Below, piece by piece: positions 12,601 to 24,368 of a stretch of DNA of 64,000 nt; position 1 is the stretch's first letter, and each line of letters starts with the position of its first letter. The translations under genes and the position numbers were made by a program. The notes under the pieces were generated by a model, which did not search any database, had not been told where the DNA came from, and saw only the letters and a list, made by a program, of their open reading frames with translations. Source of the stretch: Eledone cirrhosa (lineage: Eukaryota); assembly GCA_964016885.1 (NCBI GenBank), contig OZ024742.1, positions 147,002,001 through 147,066,000 on the forward strand, given 5' to 3'.

Positions 12601-15600
12601 GTAGCAGTAGTAGTAACAGTAGCACTAACAGCAACAGCAGCAACAGTAGTAGTAACAGCATCAGCAGTATAACAGCAGCAGTAGCAGTAGTAGTAACAGT
12701 AGTAGTAACAGCAACAGCAGTAACAGTAGTAGTAACAGCATCAGCAGTATAACAGCAGCAGTAGCAGTAGTAGTAACAGTAGCACTAACAGCAACAGCAG
12801 CAACAGTAGTAGTAACAGCATCAGCAGTATAACAGCAGCAGTAGCAGCAGTAGTAACAGTAGCACTAACAGCAACAGCAGTAACAGTAGTAGTAACAGCA
12901 TCAGCAGTATAACAGCAGCAGTAGCAGTAGTAGTAACAGTAGCACTAACAGCAACAGCAGCAACAGTAGTAGTAACAGCATCAGCAGTATAACAGCAGCA
13001 GTAGCAGTAGTAGTAACAGTAGCACTAACAGCAACAGCAGTAGCAGTAGTAGTAACAGTAGCACTAACAGCAACAGCAGCAACAGTAGTAGTAACAGCAT
13101 CAGCAGTATAACAGCAGCAGTAGCAGTAGTAGTAACAGTAGCACTAACAGCAACAGCAGCAACAGTAGTAGTAACAGCATCAGCAGTATAACAGCAGCAG
13201 TAGCAGTAGTAGTAACAGTAGCACTAACAGCAACAGCAACAACAGTAGTAGTAACAGCATCAGCAGTATAACAGCAGCAGTAGCAGCAGTAGTAACAGTA
13301 GCACTAACAGCAACAGCAGCAACAGTAGTAGTAACAGCATCAGCAGTATAACAGCAGCAGTAGCAGTAGTAGTAACAGTAGCACTAACAGCAACAGCAGC
13401 AACAGTAGTAGTAACAGCATCAGCAGTATAAGAGTAGCAGTAGCAGTAGTAGTAACAGTAGCACTAACAGCAACAGCAGCAACAGTAGTAGTAACAGCAT
13501 CAGCAGTATAACAGCTGCAGTAGCAGCAGTAGTAACAGTAGCACTAACAGCAACAGCAGCAACAGTAGTAGTAACAGCATCAGCAGTATAACAGCAGCAG
13601 TAGCAGTAGTAGTAACAGTAGTAGTAACAGCAACAGCAGTAACAGTAGTAGTAACAGCATCAGCAGTATAACAGCAGCAGTAGTAGTAGTAGTAACAGTA
13701 GCACTAACAGCAACAGCAGTAACAGTAGTAGTAACAGCATCAGCAGTATAACAGTAGCAGTAGCAGTAGTAGTAACAGTAGCACTAACAGCAACAGCAGT
13801 AACAGTAGTAGTAACAGCATCAGCAGTATAACAGCAGAAGTAGTAGTAGTAGTAACAGTAGCACTAACAGCAACAGCAGTAACAGTAGTAGTAACAGCAT
13901 CAGCAGTATAACAGCAGCAGTAGTAGTAACAGTAGCACTAACAGCAACAGCAGCAACAGTAGTAGTAACAGCATCAGCAGTATAACAGCAGCAGTAGCAG
14001 CAGTAGTAACAGTAGCACTAACAGCAACAGCAGCAACAGTAGTAGTAACAGCATCAGCAGTATAACAGCAGCAGCAACAGTAGTAGTAACAGTAGCACTA
14101 ACAGCAACAGCAGCAACAGTAGTAGTAACAGCATCAGCAGTATAACAGCAGCAGTAGTAGTAGTAGTAACAGTAGCACTAACAGCAACAGCAGTTACAGT
14201 AGTAGTAACAGCATCAGCAGTATAACAGCTGCAGTAGCAGTAGTAGTAACAGTAGCACTAACAGCAACAGCAGCAACAGTAGTAGTAACAGCATCAGCAG
14301 TATAACAGCAGCAGTAGCAGCAGTAGTAACAGTAGCACTAACAGCAACAGCAGCAACAGTAGTAGTAACAGCATCAGCAGTATAACAGCAGCAGTAGCAG
14401 CAGTAGTAACAGTAGCACTAACAGCAACAGCAGTTACAGTAGTAGTAACAGCATCAGCAGTATAACAGCAGCAGTAGCAGCAGTAGTAACAGTAGCACTA
14501 ACAGCAACAGCAGCAACAGTAGTAGTAACAGCATCAGCAGTATAACAGCAGCAGTAGTAGTAGTAGTAATAGTAGCACTAACAGCAACAGCAGCAACAGT
14601 AGTAGTAACAGCATCAGCAGTATAACAGCAGCAGTAGTAGTAACAGTAGCACTAACAGCAACAGCAGCAACAGTAGTAGTAACAGCATCAGCAGTATAAC
14701 AGTAGCAGTAGCAGTAGTAGTAACAGTAGCACTAACAGCAACAGCAGCAACAGTAGTAGTAACAGCATCAGCAGTATAACAGCAGCAGTAGTAGTAACAG
14801 TAGCACTAACAGCAACAGCAGTAACAGTAGTAGTAACAGCATCAGCAGTATAACAGTAGCAGTAGCAGTAGTAGTAACAGTAGCACTAACAGCAACAGCA
14901 GCAACAGTAGTAGTAACAGCATCAGCAGTATAACAGCAGCAGTAGTAGTAACAGTAGCACTAACAGCAACAGCAGTAACAGTAGTAGTAACAGCATCAGC
15001 AGTATAACAGCAGCAGTAGCAGTAGTAGTAACAGTAGCACTAACAGCAACAGCAGCAACAGTAGTAGTAACAGCATCAGCAGTATAACAGCAGCAGTAGT
15101 AGTAACAGTAGCACTAACAGCAACAGCAGTAACAGTAGTAGTAACAGCATCAGCAGTATAACAGCAGCAGTAGCAGCAGTAGTAACAGTAGCACTAACAG
15201 CAACAGCAGCAACAGTAGTAGTAACAGCATCAGCAGTATAACAGCAGCAGCAGCAGTAGTAACAGTAGCACTAACAGCAACAGCAGTAACAGTAGTAGTA
15301 ACAGCATCAGCAGTATAACAGCAGCAGTAGCAGCAGTAGTAACAGTAGCACTAACAGCAACAGCAGCAACAGTAGTAGTAACAGCATCAGCAGTATAACA
15401 GCAGCAGTAGCAGTAGTAGTAACAGTAGCACTAACAGCAACAGCAGCAACAGTAGTAGTAACAGCATCAGCAGTATAACAGCAGCAGTAGCAGCAGTAGT
15501 AACAGTAGCACTAACAGCAACAGCAGCAACAGTAGTAGTAACAGCATCAGCAGTATAACAGCAGTAGCAGTAGTAGTAACAGTAGCACTAACAGCAACAG

Positions 15601-18600
15601 CAATAACAGTAGTAGTAACAGCATCAGCAGTATAACAGCAGCAGTAGCAGTAGTAGTAACAGTAGCACTAACAGCAACAGCAGTAACAGTAGTAGTAACA
15701 GCATCAGCAGTATAACAGCAGCAGTAGCAGCAGTAGTAACAGTAGCACTAACAGCAACAGCAGTAACAGTAGTAGTAACAGCATCAGCAGTATAACAGCA
15801 GCAGTAGCAGCAGTAGTAACAGTAGCACTAACAGCAACAGCAGTAACAGTAGTAGTAACAGCATCAGCAGTATAACAGCAGCAGTAGCAGCAGTAGTAAC
15901 AGTAGCACTAACAGCAACAGCAGTAACAGTAGTAGTAACAGCATCAGCAGTATAACAGTAGCAGTAGCAGCAGTAGTAACAGTAGCACTAACAGCAACAG
16001 CAGTAACAGTAGTAGTAACAGCATCAGCAGTATAACAGCAGCAGTAGCAGCAGTAGTAACAGTAGCACTAACAGCAACAGCAGTAACAGTAGTAGTAACA
16101 GCATCAGCAGTATAACAGCAGCAGTAGCAGCAGTAGTAACAGTAGCACTAACAGCAACAGCAGTAACAGTAGTAGTAACAGGATCAGCAGTATAACAGCA
16201 GCAGCAACAGTAGTAGTAACAGTAGCACTAACAGCAACAGCAGCAACAGTAGTAGTAACAGCATCAGCAGTATAACAGCAACAGCAGCAGTAGCAGTAAC
16301 AGTAGCACTAACAGCAACAGCAGCAACAGTAGTAGTAACAGCATCAGCAGTATAACAGCAGCAGTAGCAGCAGTAGTAACAGTAGCACTAACAGCAACAG
16401 CAGCAACAGTAGTAGTAACAGCATCAGCAGTATAACAGCAGCAGTAGCAGCAGTAGTAACAGTAGCACTAACAGCAACAGCAGCAGCAGTAGTAGTAACA
16501 GCATCAGCAGTATAACAGCAGCAGTAGCAGCAGTAGTAACAGTAGCACTAACAGCAACAGCAGCAACAGTAGTAGTAACAGCATCAGCAGTATAACAGCA
16601 ACAGCAGCAGTAGTAGTAACAGTAGCACTAACAGCAACAGCAGTAACAGTAGTAGTAACAGCATCAGCAGTATAACAGCAGCAGTAGCAGCAGTAGTAAC
16701 AGTAGCACTAACAGCAACAGCAGCAACAGTAGTAGTAACAGCATCAGCAGTATAACAGCAGCGGTAGCAGCAGTAGTAACAGTAGCACTAACAGCAACAG
16801 CAGCAGCAGTAGTAGTAACAGCATCAGCAGTATAACAGCAGCAGTAGCAGTAGTAGTAACAGTAGCACTAACAGCAACAGCAGCAACAGTAGTAGTAACA
16901 GCATCAGCAGTATAACAGCAACAGCAGCAGTAGTAGTAACAGTAGCACTAACAGCAACAGCAGTAACAGTAGTAGTAACAGCATCAGCAGTATAACAGCA
17001 GCAGTAGCAGCAGTAGTAACAGTAGCACTAACAGCAACAGCAGCAACAGTAGTAGTAACAGCATCAGCAGTATAACAGCAACAGCAGCAGTAGTAGTAAC
17101 AGTAGCACTAACAGCAACAGCAGTAACAGTAGTAGTAACAGCATCAGCAGTATAACAGCAGCAGTAGCAGTAGTAGTAACAGTAGCACTAACAGCAACAG
17201 CAGTAGCAGTAGTAGTAACAGTAGCACTAACAGCAACAGCAGCAACAGTAGTAGTAACAGCATCAGCAGTATAACAGCAGCAGTAGCAGTAGCACTAACA
17301 GCAACAGCAGTAGCACTAGTAGCAACAATAGTAGTAACAGCATCAGCAGTATAACAGCAACAGCAGCAACAGTAGTAGTAACAGCATCAGCAGTATAACA
17401 GCAGCAGTAGCAGTAGTAGTAACAGTAGCACTAACAGCAACAGCAGCAACAGTAGTAGTAACAGCATCAGCAGTATAACAGCAACAGCAGCAACAGTAGT
17501 AGTAACAGCATCAGCAGTATAACAGCAGCAGTAGCAGTAGTAGTAACAGTAGCACTAACAGCAACAGCAGTAACAGTAGTAGTAACAGCATCAGCAGTAT
17601 AACAGCAGCAGTAGCAGTAGTAGTAACAGTAGCACTAACAGCAACAGCAGTAACAGTAGTAGTAACAGCATCAGCAGTATAACAGCAGCAGTAGCAGCAG
17701 TAGTAACAGTAGCACTAACAGCAACAGCAGCAACAGTAGTAGTAACAGCATCAGCAGTAATAACAGCAGCAGTAGCAGTAGCACTAACAGCAACAGCAGT
17801 AGCACTAGTAGCAACAATAGTAGTAACAGCATCAGCAGTATAACAGCAGCAGTAGTAGTAGTAGTAACAGTAGCACTAACAGCAACAGCAGTAACAGTAG
17901 TAGTAACAGCATCAGCAGTATAACAGCAGCAGTAGCAGTAGTAGTAATAGTAGCACTAACAGCAACAGCAGTAACAGTAGTAGTAACAGCATCAGCAGTA
18001 TAACAGCAGCAGTAGCAGTAGTAGTAACAGTAGCACTAACAGCAACAGCAGCAACAGTAGTAGTAACAGTATCAGCAATAATAACAGCAGCAGTAGCAGC
18101 AGCAGTAACAGTAGCACTAACAGCAACAGCAGTAACAGTAGTAGTAACAGCATCAGCAGTATAACAGCAACAGCAGCAGTAGTAGTAACAGTAGCACTAA
18201 CAGCAACAGCAGCAACAGTAGTAGTAACAGCATCAGCAGTATAACAGCAGCAGTAGCAGCAGTAGTAACAGTAGCACTAACAGCAACAGCAGCAACAGTA
18301 GTAGTAACAGCATCAGCAGTATAACAGCAGCAGTAGCAGCAGTAGTAACAGTAGCACTAACAGCAACAGCAGCAACAGTAGTAGTAACAGCATCAGCAGT
18401 ATAACAGCAGCAGTAGTAGTAACAGTAGCACTAACAGCAACAGCAGTAACAGTAGTAGTAACAGCATCAGCAGTATAACAGCAGCAGTAGCAGTAGTAGT
18501 AACAGTAGCACTAACAGCAACAGCAGCAACCGTAGTAGTAACAGCATCAGCAGTATAACAGCAACAGCAGCAGTAGTAGTAACAGTAGCACTAACAGCAA

Positions 18601-20760
18601 CAGCAGCAACAGTAGTAGTAACAGCATCAGCAGTATAACAGCAGCAGTAGCAGCAGTAGTAACAGTAGCACTAACAGCAACAGCAGCAACAGTAGTAGTA
18701 ACAGCATCAGCAGTATAACAGCAGCAGTAGCAGCAGTAGTAACAGTAGCACTAACAGCAACAGCAGCAGCAGTAGTAGTAACAGCATCAGCAGTATAACA
18801 GCAGCAGTAGCAGCAGTAGTAACAGTAGCACTAACAGCAACAGCAGCAACAGTAGTAGTAACAGCATCAGCAGTATAACAGCAACAGCAGCAGTAGTAGT
18901 AACAGTAGCACTAACAGCAACAGCAGTAACAGTAGTAGTAACAGCATCAGCAGTATAACAGCAGCAGTAGCAGCAGTAGTAACAGTAGCACTAACAGCAA
19001 CAGCAGCAACAGTAGTAGTAACAGCATCAGCAGTATAACAGCAGCAGTAGCAGCAGTAGTAACAGTAGCACTAACAGCAACAGCAGCAGCAGTAGTAGTA
19101 ACAGCATCAGCAGTATAACAGCAGCAGTAGCAGTAGTAGTAACAGTAGCACTAACAGCAACAGCAGCAACAGTAGTAGTAACAGCATCAGCAGTATAACA
19201 GCAACAGCAGCAGTAGTAGTAACAGTAGCACTAACAGCAACAGCAGCAACAGTAGTAGTAACAGCATCAGCAGTATAACAGCAACAGCAGCAGCAGTAGT
19301 AACAGTAGCACTAACAGCAACAGCAGTAACAGTAGTAGTAACAGCATCAGCAGTATAACAGCAACAGCAGCAGTAGTAGTAACAGTAGCACTAACAGCAA
19401 CAGCAGCAACAGTAGTAGTAACAGCATCAGCAGTATAACAGCAACAGCAGCAGTAGTAGTAACAGTAGCACTAACAGCAACAGCAGTAACAGTAGTAGTA
19501 ACAGCATCAGCAGTATAACAGCAACAGCAGCAGTAGTAGTAACAGTAGCACTAACAGCAACAGCAGCAACAGTAGTAGTAACAGCATCAGCAGTATAACA
19601 GCAGCAGTAGCAGTAGTAGTAACAGTAGCACTAACAGCAACAGCAGCAACAGTAGTAGTAACAGCATCAGCAGTATAACAGCAACAGCAGCAGTAGTAGT
19701 AACAGTAGCACTAACAGCAACAGCAGTAACAGTAGTAGTAACAGCATCAGCAGTATAACAGCAACAGCAGCAGTAGTAGTAACAGTAGCACTAACAGCAA
19801 CAGCAGCAACAGTAGTAGTAACAGCATCAGCAGTATAACAGCAGCAGTAGCAGTAGTAGTAACAGTAGCACTAACAGCAACAGCAGCAACAGTAGTAGTA
19901 ACAGCATCAGCAGTATAACAGCAACAGCAGCAGTAGTAGTAACAGTAGCACTAACAGCAACAGCAGTAACAGTAGTAGTAACAGCATCAGCAGTATAACA
20001 GCAACAGCAGCAGTAGTAGTAACAGTAGCACTAACAGCAACAGCAGCAACAGTAGTAGTAACAGCAACAGCAGTATAACAGCAGCAGTAGCAGTAGTAGT
20101 AACAGTAGCACTAACAGCAACAGCAGCAACAGTAGTAGTAACAGCATCAGCAGTATAACAGCAACAGCAGCAGTAGTAGTAACAGTAGCACTAACAGCAA
20201 CAGCAGTAACAGTAGTAGTAACAGCATCAGCAGTATAACAGCAGCAGTAGCAGCAGTAGTAACAGCAACAGCAGCAACAGTAGTAGTAACAGCATCAGCA
20301 GTATAACAGCAGCAGTAGCAGCAGTAGTAACAGTAGCACTAACAGCAACAGCAGCAACAGTAGTAGTAACAGCATCAGCAGTATAACAGCAGCAGTAGCA
20401 GCAGTAGTAACAGTAGCACTAACAGCAACAGCAGCAGCAGTAGTAGTAACAGCATCAGCAGTATAACAGCAGCAGTAGCAGCAGTAGTAACAGTAGCACT
20501 AACAGCAACAGCAGCAACAGTAGTAGTAACAGCATCAGCAGTATAACAGCAACAGCAGCAGTAGTAGTAACAGTAGCACTAACAGCAACAGCAGTAACAG
20601 TAGTAGTAACAGCATCAGCAGTATAACAGCAGCAGTAGCAGTAGTAGTAACAGTAGCACTAACAGCAACAGCAGCAGTAGCAGTAGTAGTAACAGCATCA
20701 GCAGTATAACAGCAGCAGCACCACTAATAGCTGCAGTAGTCCCAGCAACAGTAGCATCAT
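6672..20760. repeat. ~14-kb tandem satellite of an 80-bp monomer (roughly 170 copies) built from AGC/AGT/AAC triplets
   Basis: Consensus AACAGCAGCAGTAGCAGTAGTAGTAACAGTAGCACTAACAGCAACAGCAGCAACAGTAGTAGTAACAGCATCAGCAGTAT. TCAGCAGTAT recurs at 7681, 7761, 7841, 7921 and so on. The left edge (6672-7050) is unphased triplet repeat. Confidence 0.98.
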
Positions 20761-20969
20761 TAGCCCAATTCATACAAATGCTAATTATTGCAGAGGGAAT
20801 GTATAGTTAATTAAATCAACTATAATTGTTATCAGGTCAACTTTTACTGAAAGACGTTCCAAGTGTGACCACCTCATCTTTGTTCTCTGCAAACATTGAA
20901 TATCTAGAACACAGTATTTATTATTTTTTTTTTTTTTTAGTATATTAAGATAAACAGTCTTGTCTAGAG

Positions 20970-21635
20970 CAGTGGTTCTCAACCTTTTCTTTTACCTATG
21001 GACCCCTTTGGTTCCTATTTTACTCAGGTGGACACCCAATGTCAGCCTTAGTCCCCTAGGAAAAATAAACTGGAACCAATATTCTTGTGTGCAAGTATGT
21101 GTATGTGTATGTGTGTGTGTATGTATGTATGTATGTATGTGGGATTGGCTCAGTGCACAGTCTTTCCTCACTTTAAAAAATATCTTCACGCACAGGCATT
21201 GCACAATAGAATTAATTAATAATTATTAACAATGGTATATTGTGCAATGGCCATACTCGATAACGAGGGGGCAGCCATCATGTATGTATGTATGTATGTA
21301 TGTATGTATGTATGTATGTATGTATGTATATAGATTTATTTAACTTCATCACCACTGATTCGGATTGTCATTTTTGCTTTTCTCCAGTATCATTTCTATT
21401 TATTTATATTAATTCCCTAGGGGAATTTTTTGACCAACTTCTTTGGTTAACTGTTTTATTTATTTGTTTGCTTTTTTTTAGATTTGTCTTCTTTCTTTAG
21501 GGCTTAAGATATTTTCTTTGAAAGCAAAATATTTTCATGGACCCCTAAAATACTAAATACTTCTGTGGAACCCCAATTTCCTTTTTTTTTGTGGATCCCT
21601 CATATTCTTATATGGAGCCTTGTTGAGAACCACTG
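20970..21635. mobile_element. Non-autonomous hAT (Charlie-like) MITE
   Basis: Perfect 14-bp TIRs CAGTGGTTCTCAAC / GTTGAGAACCACTG; 8-bp flanks GTCTAGAG and ATCTAAAG (degenerate TSD, NTCTAGAN-like); subterminal TGGACCCC repeats. Confidence 0.85.
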
Positions 21636-21739
21636 ATCTAAAGAAAAGTGTTGAATCCATAGTCTTCACAGGTCTTCCAAAATATGTGATATTGTTGCAA
21701 GTGGTGGTCCTCTTGGACAATTAACTGCAAGAACAATAT

Positions 21740-22790
21740 GGTTAGGGAAGGAGTTCCAACAAAGTGTGTTGAAAGGATGCAAGACAAGTGGCGCGTAGAT
21801 GTCTGAGTGGAGAGGACACAAGATGAACCAGGTTTGAAGAACAGAAGCTATTGCAGTAACATCTCTGAACCAGAAGCTGGAGTGTGTTGATGTGTCACTT
21901 TCTATCTATCAGGTGGCCTTTATGGAGAGAAAGCAATAACATCTCTGAGCCAGAAGCTGGAGTGTGTTGATGTGTCACTTTCTATCTATTAGTTGGCCTT
22001 TATGGAGAGAGAGCAATAACATCTCTGAGCCAGAAGCTGGAGTGTGTTGATGTGTCACTTTCTATCTATTAGTTGGCCTTTATGGAGAGAGAGCAATAAC
22101 ATCTCTGAGCCAGAAGCTGGAGTGTGTTGATGTGTCACTTTATATCTATCAGTTGTCCTTTATGGAGAGAGAGCAATAACATCTCTGAACCAGAAGCTGG
22201 AGTGTGTTGATGTGTCACTTTCTATCTATCAGTTGGCCTTTATGGAGAGAGAGCAATAACATCTCTGAGCCAGAAGCTGGAGTGTGTTGATGTGTCACTT
22301 TCTATCTATCAGTTGGCCTTTATGGAGAGAGAGCAATAACATCTCTGAACCAGAAGCTGGAGTGTGTTGATGTGTCACTTTCTACCTATCAGTTGGCCTT
22401 TATGGAGGGAGAGCAATAACATCTCTGAACCAGAAGCTGGAGTGTGTTGATGTGTCACTTTATATCTATCAGTTGTCCTTTATGGAGAGAGAGCAATAAC
22501 ATCTCTGAGCCAGAAGCTGGAGTGTGTTGATGTGTCACTTTCTATCTATCAGTTGGCCTTTATGGAGAGAGAGCAATAACATCTCTGAGCCAGAAGCTGG
22601 AGTGTGTTGATGTGTCACTTTCTATCTATCAGTTGGCCTTTATGGAGGGAGAGCAATAACATCTCTGAACCAGAAGCTGGAGTGTGTTGATGTGTCACTT
22701 TCTATCTATCGGGTGGCCTTTATGGAGAGAGATTTGGCTATGTTCATGTCTGGGTGGTTTCACAAGGATCTGAGGAAATTAGAAATGGTC
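21740..22790 (-). pseudogene. Decayed CR1/L2-group LINE ORF2 C-terminal remnant hosting the minisatellite
   Basis: Minus-strand pieces translate as KATR*I, TLQLLVQR, CSSNLVHLVSSPLRHLRATCL and WNSFP, in the order expected for a CR1-type ORF2 C-terminus (comparison from memory). Confidence 0.6.
21853..22732. repeat. Minisatellite, 11 x 80 bp, near-identical copies
   Basis: ATCTCTGARCCAGAAGCTGG recurs exactly every 80 bp from 21861 to 22661. Confidence 0.98.
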
Positions 22791-22792
22791 TT

Positions 22793-23112
22793 ATCTACCT
22801 CAGCAAATTGTAAACAAAAAGTTCCCAAAGTAGCCTATGTTATTTTACTAGTAATGGTCCAGTATACCTTAGCAGATAGTACACAGAAGATTCACAAATT
22901 AGGGTACATTATTCACTAGTGATAGCCTTATCTTCATTGACAGATAGTAACCAGAAAGTTCACAAAGTAGAATATATTATTTCACGAGTGATTGCCTAGA
23001 CTACCTTGGCAGATAGTAAACAGATGGTTCACAAACTAGTATACATTATTACATTAGTGATGGCTTTGTCTATCTATCTTGGTATATAATAAACAAAAGA
23101 TTCGCAAAGTAA
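22793..23112. repeat. Degenerate ~68-bp tandem repeat, ~5 copies
   Basis: CAGATAGTA..CAGA...TTCACAAA.TAG at 22873, 22941 and 23010, with weaker flanking copies. Confidence 0.75.
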
Positions 23113-24005
23113 GAGAGGTGATTTCACCACAGATTTGTAATTCTAAATGAGAATATATCAGTTCAAAATAAGAATAATGATTTTAAAGTGTGCACATATC
23201 AGATCAAAGTGAAACTATGTTTTCAAAGTGAGTAGATATGACTTCAAAATGAGAATAGTGATTTCATAGTGAGCTCATGCCACATAAAACCTAATTTTAT
23301 TTGAGTTAATTAGCCAAGAATACATAATGTATCATCAAATAGAAAAAATGTTGAAGGGAAATCTTTATCAGTTTGGAAATAAAATATTATAAACAAAACA
23401 AAATGGAAAGACTGCTTGCTCTTTTTTAACCACAAGCACATTAACTTGATTTTTATGGAATTATTATTGCATTTATAAAATCTGACAGATTGTGTGGCTT
23501 CTAAAATTGTTGTGCAACTTCTAGAATTGTTGCGCAAAAAATTAATTTTTTTTTTTTTTAGACGTAATGTAGCACCTAATCGTTTAAGAGTTAAACTGCT
23601 TTCTTTTTGAATAGCGTTTTTATAATGCTTACACAAACAGCATTGAGTGAACATTGAACAAAGAAAACACAAGTGTTGCTCACAGATTATTATGATTATG
23701 GATCAGTGCCATAGCCATACTTTCACCTGAAAAAACTAGAAGATATTACAACCACACGATGGATTTTTTACCTCATTATTTAGCTGATAAAAACTTATAA
23801 TTAGTCAGGCAGGTTCACATTGTTGACATTACACATGATGTTACAATGTTATTTTACACACTTTGTTCATCTCCCAAAATATCATAGTCAATTCTTTTTG
23901 TTTTAGACCCATTTCCAAATTGCTGTTCTCACTTTGAATTGGCACGGTCTCATTTTGAACTGATATGTTCCCAATTAGAATTACAAATACTGTAATTACC
24001 CTCTC
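23113..24005. mobile_element. Non-autonomous DNA transposon / MITE with long imperfect TIRs
   Basis: ATTTGTAATTCTAAATGAGAATATATCAGTTCAAAAT (23133) is the imperfect reverse complement of ATTTTGAACTGATATGTTCCCAATTAGAATTACAAAT (23952-23988); termini GAGAGG...CCTCTC. Confidence 0.65.
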
Positions 24006-24324
24006 CAACAAAAGGTTAAATATATTTTCTACTTCCCAACAAAGTTATTTCTATTTCAATTTGTCAAGTTTTTGTAAAGAATATCAACCTTGACATGTTT
24101 ACATTTAAGATAAAATAGACTAAAACTGATTTTTAAAATTTATCTGTTACTTAGGGGAGGTACAGTACCCATGGCATTTGTAGAAATTCCTAGTGACCAC
24201 GAAGGAGAATGACATGGGCCATGGCCTTTGTAGACACAAGTAAGAGTAATACTCAATGTATATTAAGTTGCAGAGTAGGTTTAGTTATAAGGAACCTCTG
24301 TTGGAACTATATAACTACATAAAC

Positions 24325-24361
<37 letters not shown>

Positions 24362-24368
24362 TAGATAA
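24325..24368. repeat. (TA)n(GA)n(GATA) microsatellite at the 3' end of Tx1-like copy A
   Basis: Directly visible. Confidence 0.9.

Noticed and set aside
21853-22732. CRISPR-like array
   Set aside because: Contiguous near-identical 80-bp units with no unique spacers, eukaryotic context and no cas genes.
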